A DNA stretch of 64,000 bases from an uncultured Gammaproteobacteria bacterium (GTDB lineage: Bacteria > Pseudomonadota > Gammaproteobacteria > Eutrophobiales > Eutrophobiaceae): assembly GCA_958295485.1 (NCBI GenBank), contig OY282354.1, positions 2,679,944 through 2,743,943 of the forward strand, given 5' to 3'. The position numbers and the translations under genes were made by a program. A model generated the notes under the pieces. The model searched no databases, had not been told where the DNA came from, and worked only from the letters and a program-made list of their open reading frames with translations. Numbering within the stretch: position 1 is the stretch's first letter; the number at the start of each line of letters is the position of its first letter. This document shows positions 11,136 to 18,314 of this stretch, piece after piece.

Positions 11136-12061
11136 GTTTTGCTTTCCCCCGGCTCAAGAAGACCATTATCAACAACCGATTTAATGGCCTTAACCTTGTT
11201 TTCTATTTTACTTGATTTCAGTACTTCTTTTATGGCTTCTTTTTTAGAGAGCCTTATAATTCGCTCTCTTTCTGCTGCGAGAAAACCAAGGGATTCTTCT
11301 CTTGAGACATAAATCGATTCTACTGATGCTCTTTTTTCTTCCTTCCAAATATCGCCAATGCTTACATCAAAATCCAAAATTGTCCTATTTACAATTTGCC
11401 AGTAAGTATTTGCATCCTTTGAAGGATTCATTGCTGCAACAGCTTTGAATGTTTCATGCATCAATTCCATTGCTTTATCTTTGCTCTTTACCCGTGCATA
11501 ACGTGAAAAGACAGCAAGATGGGTATACGTTCCAATACAAACAGATCTTGCGCCGGCTTGCTGGTAAATCTGGCTGGTGCGTGAAGGTAATTGATAGACC
11601 GGGCAAACAACCATCGCATAGGGTTTGCCATGTTTCCAACCGTCCATTGCTTGAACCTTGAAATCTTTCTGGTTCTTTGCCGTCCGGCTCAGCCTGAATG
11701 CCTTTGCATCAGCAACAAAGCTATAGTCATCGTTCACGCATTCAACATCAGCAATATCGGCTCGCCCTTTCAGAACTAAACTGTTGAAGCCCATTGATGA
11801 ATATGCCTCATGGATAACGATATCGGTGTATTTAGAGTATAGCTTTTCTTCGCTCGTATCATGGCCATATCTTTCAGGTATGGTTCCACACAGTCGTAAG
11901 TGACCGAGCAAAGAATCTATCCCAATATCCCTAATCTCTTGATCTATCTCCCCTTCTACTTTTTCTGCATCTACACCAAAATCATCACTTAATCGGCTGA
12001 TTTTGTTAACCCAGTAATTCCGCCTGTCAATCTGTTCCTGTGTTATTACTTCGAGATTCAT
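11132..12061 (-). CDS. Type II restriction endonuclease, HindIII family
   Basis: CGTIPE.YGHDTSEEKLYSKYTD, RAD.ADV...FVADAKAFRLSRTAKNQKDFKV, SQIYQQA. Confidence 0.88.
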   Translation of the reverse strand: MNLEVITQEQIDRRNYWVNKISRLSDDFGVDAEKVEGEIDQEIRDIGIDSLLGHLRLCGTIPERYGHDTSEEKLYSKYTDIVIHEAYSSMGFNSLVLKGRADIADVECVNDDYSFVADAKAFRLSRTAKNQKDFKVQAMDGWKHGKPYAMVVCPVYQLPSRTSQIYQQAGARSVCIGTYTHLAVFSRYARVKSKDKAMELMHETFKAVAAMNPSKDANTYWQIVNRTILDFDVSIGDIWKEEKRASVESIYVSREESLGFLAAERERIIRLSKKEAIKEVLKSSKIENKVKAIKSVVDNGLLEPGESKT

Positions 12062-12615
12062 TTCGTTCCCATATGTGATTTTGATGGTTCATGAATTTTT
12101 TTGACAAACAATGCACTGTAAATTTCTTCCATAGTTTCATGGCGAGTGAAATTCTCTTTTTTCAACTTTCTTTTATTGGGGCGCTCAGCCTTGTGACCAT
12201 CCCCGGAGAATTTCTCATGACGAGCCACTTTCGCTCCCGAAATACCGGGTAGTGGCTCACCCGGCTGACCACCACAAAAATAGTATGGCCCTAATTCCAG
12301 GGATTGGGATTCTTCTTTAAAGTAAATCCAGACCACGCAACCGGAAGGTTTATCCTCCAGTTTGAGGTGAACTTGCGGTGGCGACGACCCCTTCTTACTG
12401 GTGTTCAGCTTGATATGACGAACAACATGATTTGTTTCGGCTATTATGTCGTACCCGGAGTCATTGACTTCCGGCTTGGCCACCTCCAACAGGCAGTCAT
12501 CATCATCATCTAACCAAGAGAGTTTCATTAACTCACCTGTAAACAGGTGTTCAATCAGTTTCTTCCGGTAGGCTGAACGTTCCGAATGCTTATCCTGAAT
12601 TTTTTTTTCGTTCAT
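12058..12615 (-). CDS. Hypothetical protein, restriction-endonuclease-like fold, possibly degenerate
   Basis: KPEV.DSGYDIIAE...VRHIKLN; overlaps the REase start; ATG 12615 chosen to avoid overlap with the ABC gene. Confidence 0.55.
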   Translation of the reverse strand: MNEKKIQDKHSERSAYRKKLIEHLFTGELMKLSWLDDDDDCLLEVAKPEVNDSGYDIIAETNHVVRHIKLNTSKKGSSPPQVHLKLEDKPSGCVVWIYFKEESQSLELGPYYFCGGQPGEPLPGISGAKVARHEKFSGDGHKAERPNKRKLKKENFTRHETMEEIYSALFVKKIHEPSKSHMGTK

Positions 12616-12649
12616 GTTTTGATCCTCAATTGGTGAATGTTCTGAATGC

Positions 12650-14281
12650 TTACTCATCACTTGAAATGGTTGGGACTGCGGACAGCAGGGTTTTGGTATA
12701 TTCATGTCGGGGATTGGTTAATACCGAACTGACCTCGCCCTGCTCCACCAGCTTGCCCTGATACATGACGGCCACATAGTGGGCAAAAGAGGCAACCACG
12801 CCGATATTGTGCGTAATAAACAGGTAGGTCAGCCCCAATTCGTTTTGCAACCTGGTCAATAATGCCAGTATCTGGGCCTGTACCGTTACGTCCAAGGCGC
12901 TTGTCGGTTCGTCACAAACCAATAATTTCGGCTTGACCGCCAAGGCCCGGGCAATGCAAACGCGTTGTCTCTGTCCGCCGGAGAGTTCGTGGGGGTAGCG
13001 GTATTTGAAGCCGGACTCCAAGCCCACCTGGATTAATAATTCGTCAACGTCATCCCGCCGGTCCCTGGCATTATCTCCTGACCCCTGGGCAAGCCGGCCT
13101 TCTTCAACGATGTCTTTAATCATCATGCGCGGGTCCATGGATGAGAAGGGGTCCTGAAATACGATCTGCATATCGGCGCGGCGCTTGCGCAGCTGCGCGG
13201 CGGTCAAATCGGGCAGGTTGTCACCTGCAAGGAGCACGGTGCCCGCGGTGGGCTTGACCAATTGCAAAATACTCTTGGCCAGGGTAGTTTTTCCTGAGCC
13301 CGATTCACCTACGACTGCCATAGTCCGGCCCTGTCTTATTTCAAGCGATACGCCGTCAACAGCCCGCAGGTGACCCGCCGGGCGACCGAACAGGCCTTTT
13401 TGCATGGGGAAATGCACTTTTAAACCCGATACACTGAGTACGGATTGCCTTGACAGTGGCGCTCCTCCCTCGTTCAGATCACTTCTTTTTGTGGCATCAG
13501 GCAGGGCGTCGAATAATTTTTTTGACCAGGCGTGTTGCGGCCAACTGAAAAACCGCCGGCTGGGCGCAGCTTCAACAATCCTGCCCTTGTTCATGACGGC
13601 GACATGATCCGCCACCTGGGAGGCAACGGCTAAATCATGGGTGATAAACAATATGGCCATGCCCGTATCCTGTTGCAGTTTTTTCAGTAACGACAACACC
13701 TGCGCTTGTGTAGTGACATCCAGCGCGGTAGTGGGTTCATCGGCAATGAGCAATTCGGGCTCCCCCGCTAACGCCATCGCCAGCATGACCCGCTGCTTCA
13801 TGCCACCGGAGAATTGGTGAGGAAATTCATCCATGCGCTGCCTGGGGCTTGTGATGCCCACTGCTTCCAATAATTCAATGACTTCTTCCTTTTGCGCTTT
13901 CCCTGTTAAATTTCTGTGCCGTTTAAGCGTTTCACCGACCTGCATTCCAACCGTCAGGACCGGGTTGAGTGAGGTTTGCGGCTCCTGGAATATCATGGCG
14001 ACACGCCTGCCGCGGACGCGGCGCATATCCCGTTCAGGGAGAGCGGTGAGATCAATGCCGTTTAATAACACGGCGCCGCTGGTGACCTCAGCCGCTTTAG
14101 GCAATAAGCGGTTTATAGTCAGCGCGGTAATGGATTTACCACTGCCCGACTCTCCAAGCAGCGCAAAGGTTTCTCCCTGTTCAATCTGAAAATCAATGCC
14201 GTCAACGGCCTTGACCAGGTTATTTTCAACAGCAAACTGAACTTTCAGATTCTTTACATCCAGGAGCATGGTCATAAGCAA
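12650..14281 (-). CDS. Dipeptide/oligopeptide-type ABC transporter, fused double ATPase
   Basis: Two GESGSGK(S/T) Walker A motifs, FPHQFSGGMKQR and YPHELSGGQRQR, DEPT Walker B. Confidence 0.93.
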   Translation of the reverse strand: MLMTMLLDVKNLKVQFAVENNLVKAVDGIDFQIEQGETFALLGESGSGKSITALTINRLLPKAAEVTSGAVLLNGIDLTALPERDMRRVRGRRVAMIFQEPQTSLNPVLTVGMQVGETLKRHRNLTGKAQKEEVIELLEAVGITSPRQRMDEFPHQFSGGMKQRVMLAMALAGEPELLIADEPTTALDVTTQAQVLSLLKKLQQDTGMAILFITHDLAVASQVADHVAVMNKGRIVEAAPSRRFFSWPQHAWSKKLFDALPDATKRSDLNEGGAPLSRQSVLSVSGLKVHFPMQKGLFGRPAGHLRAVDGVSLEIRQGRTMAVVGESGSGKTTLAKSILQLVKPTAGTVLLAGDNLPDLTAAQLRKRRADMQIVFQDPFSSMDPRMMIKDIVEEGRLAQGSGDNARDRRDDVDELLIQVGLESGFKYRYPHELSGGQRQRVCIARALAVKPKLLVCDEPTSALDVTVQAQILALLTRLQNELGLTYLFITHNIGVVASFAHYVAVMYQGKLVEQGEVSSVLTNPRHEYTKTLLSAVPTISSDE

Positions 14282-14365
14282 GGGGTCAGTATCAATTGAT
14301 ACAGGACAATTATAGATGCGGGATTAATGCCTTTTCAGCAACGCCAACAGGGACTGGAACCAGAA

Positions 14366-14755
14366 CTATGCTGATATTTTCGATATGTCATATGCGTCTA
14401 ATTGCTTATCGGCAGTCACCAGTGTTGCGCCTTCCAACTGGGCCTGTGCAACCAATAATCGGTCAAAGGGGTCCCGATGATGGGGCGGTAATGTGGAAAC
14501 GTGCAGCGCGTGCCGATGTTCTACCGGAAGACCTCCCGTCCCACTTTGGGCCATTCGGGATGTAACGTATTCTGGCGGCGGCACAGGTAGCGGTAATCTG
14601 CCTAAGGCATATTTAATTGAAATTTCCCACGCACTGGCTGCCGACAGCAGTAACTGGTTTTGGGTATCGCCAATTAATGCCGCAGTATCGTTACTGATTC
14701 GCTTGGGTGAGGCCTGCATCCATAGCCAAACTTGTGTATCCAGCAATAGTTTCAA
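14366..14755 (-). CDS. vapC: VapC-family PIN toxin
   Basis: LLLDTQVWLW, SAASAWEI.IK, HRDPFDRLLVAQA, LVTAD. Confidence 0.92.
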   Translation of the reverse strand: MKLLLDTQVWLWMQASPKRISNDTAALIGDTQNQLLLSAASAWEISIKYALGRLPLPVPPPEYVTSRMAQSGTGGLPVEHRHALHVSTLPPHHRDPFDRLLVAQAQLEGATLVTADKQLDAYDISKISA

Positions 14756-14991
14756 CGCTCGAATTCACTAAGGATATTATCGGGTAACGGCTCATTGAAG
14801 TCGTCGGGCACAACAAAAAGTCCTTCATCCAGTCCCATCAGTCGCCTTGGTGGTTCTTCCACAGGCACCAGCCTCGCCACCGGATTCCCTGAACGTGCGA
14901 TGACAATTTCTTCGCCCGCTGCAACGCGATGCAACAAGTTGGATAATTGAGTTTCAGCCTCGTGAACGTTAACTTCGGTCATTTGACTCAA
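14752..14991 (-). CDS. Phd/YefM-family antitoxin
   Basis: VNVHEA.TQLS.LL..V..GEEIVIAR.G.PVARLVP; overlaps the toxin start. Confidence 0.9.
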   Translation of the reverse strand: MSQMTEVNVHEAETQLSNLLHRVAAGEEIVIARSGNPVARLVPVEEPPRRLMGLDEGLFVVPDDFNEPLPDNILSEFER

Positions 14992-15068
14992 AGTAAATTA
15001 CCCCCTTAGCCAAGTCAACCGGTTTTTCAGCCTCGTGTTAGCGCAAATAGATGCTGACAAGCTCAGAA

Positions 15069-15095
15069 CCTGTCCCGTAGCAAGTACGGGACAGG
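15069..15095. repeat. 11-bp perfect inverted repeat (CCTGTCCCGTA-gcaag-TACGGGACAGG); REP-like hairpin or terminator downstream of the xox operon
   Basis: Read directly from the sequence. Confidence 0.7.
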
Positions 15096-15162
15096 CTCGA
15101 TACAGGAATGGATTTGTATTGCCCCTTTTGCGATGCCCCCACGGGGAGAAGGGGATTATGGT

Positions 15163-16791
15163 TCAGTTTTGAAATTCGGCGTGTTGCAGGGTCAATATCT
15201 CTTCTATCAGCGGTTCCCTGTCCGGCAGATTATCAGGAATGACGGTTTTGATTTGATACAGCTTGCCCGGAACCTGCCCTGATAATGTGAACTCGTAAAC
15301 CTTGCGGGCGAATTGCTCGAATTGTCGCCGGCGCGGGTCGTTGAGGTACGGCGCGATTGAAATTTTTTCCCCCGTGACCTCTTTGCCGTTAAACTCAAAG
15401 GTGACGGGCTCTATCTTTGCGTCCTCTGAAAATGCGAATTTAATCTGTCTCTGGAAATAGCGCCAACTGCCGCTGGTCAAGCGGTTCATTTCATAAACGT
15501 CGCCCTGCATGTATAACATCAAGACCGGGTTGCCGGTAATACCGAGCAAATTATCGGCCGGGGCATTCTGCTTCCTTTCGGCGGTGAAAAATTCCAGGTT
15601 TACGTTTTTACTCCCATCGTCATTTATTTCGACAATGTCCAGGTAAACGGAGTCACTGAAACCTTCTTCATAACTGCCCCGCTTGACAAAATCATAATAG
15701 AGCCGCCCCGGGCGCTCGATGTTTTGCAGGTGGTTGTCCAACCAGAGCTTGTTTTCCGCATCTGCAAATTCAAATTCTTCCGGGTTAACCGCGACGGAAT
15801 CACCCATCCTGCCCAAGGTGGCGCCCTTGACTTCTATCCCCGATTCAGTCCCCCTTGCTTCCTCCTCATCCGCCAAGGCCTCGTCTACCAGGGCCTCGTC
15901 CGCCAGGGCCTCGTCTACCAGGGCCTCGTCCGCCAGGGCCTCGTCTGCCAGAACCTCGTCTGCCAGAACCTCGTCCGCCAGAACCTCGTCCGCCAGAACC
16001 TCGTCCGCCAGAACCTCATCTGCCAAGGCCTCGTCTGCCAGCACCTCGTCCGCCAACGCCTCGTCCGCCAGCACCTCGTCTGCCAAGGCCTCGTCTGCCA
16101 GAACCTCGTCCGCCAACGCCTCGTCCGCCAGCGCCTCGTCTACCAAGGCCTCGTCTGCCAGAACCTCGTCCGCCAAGGCCTCGTCTGCCAAGGCCTCGTC
16201 CGCCAGCACCTCGTCTGCCAGAACCTCGTCCGCCAAGGCCTCGTCTGCCAGCACCTCGTCTGCCAGCACCTCGTCCGCCAGCGCCTCGTCTGCCAGCACC
16301 TCGTCCGCCAGCACCTCGTCCGCCAGCGCCTCGTCCGCCAGCACCTCGTCCGCCAGCACCTCGTCCGCCAGCGCCTCGTCTACCAGGGCCTCGTCCGCCA
16401 GCATCTCGTCTGCCAGAACCTCGTCTGCCAGCGCCTCGTCTGCCAGCGCCTCGTCTGCCAGCGCCTCGTCTGCCAGCGCCTCGTCCGCCAGAACCTCGTC
16501 TGCCAGCGCCTCGTCTGTCAGGGCCTCGTCCGCCAGAACCTCGTCCGCCAGCGCCTCGTCCGCCAGCGCCTCGTCCGCCAGAACCTCGTCTGCCAGCGCC
16601 TCGTCTGCCAGAACCTCGTCCGCCAAGGCCTCGTCTGCCAGCACCTCGTCCGCCAGCGCCTCGTCTGCCAGAACCTCGTCCGCCAGCGCCTCGTCAGCTT
16701 GGGAAACCGGCGCCAATAAACTGCATAGAGCGAGTAATATGATGCTGCAAACCGCTCCCGTCCTGACCAATTTTAGTTTAGTCATCATCAT
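15163..16791 (-). CDS. Secreted xox-cluster protein: signal peptide + 55 acidic pentapeptide repeats + ~236-aa C-terminal region
   Basis: Hydrophobic signal region ending ..APVSQA; start overlaps the xoxJ stop; repeat variation is synonymous or conservative in this frame. Confidence 0.85.
   Translation of the reverse strand: MMMTKLKLVRTGAVCSIILLALCSLLAPVSQADEALADEVLADEALADEVLADEALADEVLADEALADEVLADEALADEALADEVLADEALTDEALADEVLADEALADEALADEALADEALADEVLADEMLADEALVDEALADEVLADEVLADEALADEVLADEVLADEALADEVLADEVLADEALADEVLADEVLADEALADEALADEVLADEALVDEALADEALADEVLADEALADEVLADEALADEVLADEALADEVLADEVLADEVLADEVLADEVLADEALADEALVDEALADEALVDEALADEEEARGTESGIEVKGATLGRMGDSVAVNPEEFEFADAENKLWLDNHLQNIERPGRLYYDFVKRGSYEEGFSDSVYLDIVEINDDGSKNVNLEFFTAERKQNAPADNLLGITGNPVLMLYMQGDVYEMNRLTSGSWRYFQRQIKFAFSEDAKIEPVTFEFNGKEVTGEKISIAPYLNDPRRRQFEQFARKVYEFTLSGQVPGKLYQIKTVIPDNLPDREPLIEEILTLQHAEFQN
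15874..16698 (-). repeat. Coding tandem repeat, 55 x 15 bp, encoding (A/V/T)-D-E-(A/V/M)-L
   Basis: 825 bp of units such as cgccagcgcctcgtc and tgccagaacctcgtc on the + strand. Confidence 0.97.
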
Positions 16792-17659
16792 GTTTTTCGG
16801 ATTTTTTCAATGGCAAAAGCGGCACGCCGAAGTCTGCCAGGATGGTATTCAACTCTTCCTGGTTCTCGACTATCAATTGATTTATCTTGTCCTTCCATTC
16901 TTTTTCACCATACCTGACCGCCATTGCCATGCTGTATTCAAACTTCAATAATGGTGATTCAGGATCGTTACGCAACGGCAGGACTGTGATATTTTCACCC
17001 CCTTCGGCATTTTTGGCGAAGTAGCCGGCGGTAGGCCCCCAGGCAATCGTTGCATCGATTTTCCCGGAAATTAAATCCCTGATCAGTCTTTCCCCCGTAT
17101 TCACCCGGATATCACCGGGTTGCCCCTGGTACGGCACCATGCTGCCTATCAGGCCGTGCCTGGCAGCCCAGAACTGGGCCGGGCCACGGTCAGCCAAACC
17201 GAATTTTATTTTCAACCCTTCCTTGACCAATTCACCTAACATCTCCGGTGACGTAACCGAGTCCATGCCCCGGTTTTTGGCAAATATCAGGGCGTAGGAA
17301 GTGGTGTAATAAGGCTCCGTGGTTGCGGCCAATTCAAAATGTTCCGGCACGTTGACTACCAGGTCACATTTGTAACCGAGGCCTGATTCGGACTCCGCCC
17401 GCAGGGTATTTCGGATAAACCCCATCCGTTGCGGGAAGAATTCATACTGGACCTTCACTCCCATTTTATCGGCAAACAATTCGGCTATTTTATTTTCAAA
17501 ACCCTGCTCTTTTCGATTAGAGAACGGCAGCATGAAAGGGTCGGCGCATACCTTTAAGGCAGTTATTTTTCCCGGTTCATCGGCTGGCGCGCCCGGGGGA
17601 TACAATGCCAGGCACAACAGGCAGACCGATAACAGGGATGATGGAAGATAGTTTTTCAT
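16778..17659 (-). CDS. xoxJ: XoxJ/MxaJ-family periplasmic substrate-binding protein
   Basis: LKVCADPFMLPFSN..QGFENKIAE, GFIRNTL, TEPYY, WGPTAGYF, MAVRYGE. Confidence 0.88.
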   Translation of the reverse strand: MKNYLPSSLLSVCLLCLALYPPGAPADEPGKITALKVCADPFMLPFSNRKEQGFENKIAELFADKMGVKVQYEFFPQRMGFIRNTLRAESESGLGYKCDLVVNVPEHFELAATTEPYYTTSYALIFAKNRGMDSVTSPEMLGELVKEGLKIKFGLADRGPAQFWAARHGLIGSMVPYQGQPGDIRVNTGERLIRDLISGKIDATIAWGPTAGYFAKNAEGGENITVLPLRNDPESPLLKFEYSMAMAVRYGEKEWKDKINQLIVENQEELNTILADFGVPLLPLKKSEKHDDD

Positions 17660-17727
17660 ATCGCTACATTGGATTTTATTAATAAATCAGCGGCCACGTT
17701 CACTTGCAGTCGTCATCCTGCTCCGGG

Positions 17728-18171
17728 TCAGCCCTTTTTCGCCGCCCGTTGTACTTTGAGCAGCTTGCCTATGAGCCGGCGATAGGGTCCCTTCAGGTTG
17801 GCGCGCGCGTACTCCATCGCCGCATCGATACCGACCGGTTCCCCCACCACGATGACGCCGAACATGCCGAAGCCGATATGGGGAACACAGGCATAAGCGT
17901 AGACGCCTTCAACATCCAATTTCAGGGTGATGTTATTGCCAATGCCGCTTTGCCAATGTTCAGCGCCCTCGGGGATCAATCCTTCAACCGACACCGAATC
18001 ATGTGACGCCATATTGATAAACCTGACGGTATCTCCCGACTGGATATATATGATGTCAGGGTTGAATGCCCGCACTTCTGCATTAACTATATGCTCTTGT
18101 GCGGCAAATGCCTGGGTTGAGATTAAGACTGACAGGCCCCATATAACTGCCAGGGTTTTTTTGATATTCAT
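17728..18171 (-). CDS. Pseudoazurin/cupredoxin (type 1 copper protein), secreted
   Basis: Signal peptide, F.PD.I.I..GDTVRF, H(DS), Y.C-V-P-H-I-G-F-G-M ligand loop, C-terminal helices. Confidence 0.88.
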   Translation of the reverse strand: MNIKKTLAVIWGLSVLISTQAFAAQEHIVNAEVRAFNPDIIYIQSGDTVRFINMASHDSVSVEGLIPEGAEHWQSGIGNNITLKLDVEGVYAYACVPHIGFGMFGVIVVGEPVGIDAAMEYARANLKGPYRRLIGKLLKVQRAAKKG

Positions 18172-18245
18172 TTCTCAAGCCTCCTCGCGACTATGGTTTT
18201 CCAGGATAAGACGCATAGTTTACAGGAAAATTACTGTTGTTAAAT

Positions 18246-18282
18246 AAAAAAAATCCCCGGCATCAAAGATACCGAGGATTTT
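18246..18282 (-). terminator. Rho-independent terminator after xoxF
   Basis: Minus strand AAAATCCTCGGTATC-TTT-GATGCCGGGGATTTTTTTTT. Confidence 0.75.
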
Positions 18283-18314
18283 GCATTAACAAACGTTGAG
18301 TTTGTTTTTGCGAC

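Noticed and set aside
15874-16698. 15-bp array as a CRISPR or a canonical pentapeptide-repeat (Qnr/MfpA-type) protein
   Set aside because: There are no unique spacers and no cas genes, and the register does not match A-[D/N]-L-x-x.
15719-16951. Three long + strand ORFs (Ser/Ala-, Gln/Leu/Val- and Pro/Arg-rich) over the 15-bp array
   Set aside because: They are shadows of a stop-free repeat; only the minus frame has a signal peptide, a non-repetitive C-terminal domain, operon coupling and synonymous variation.
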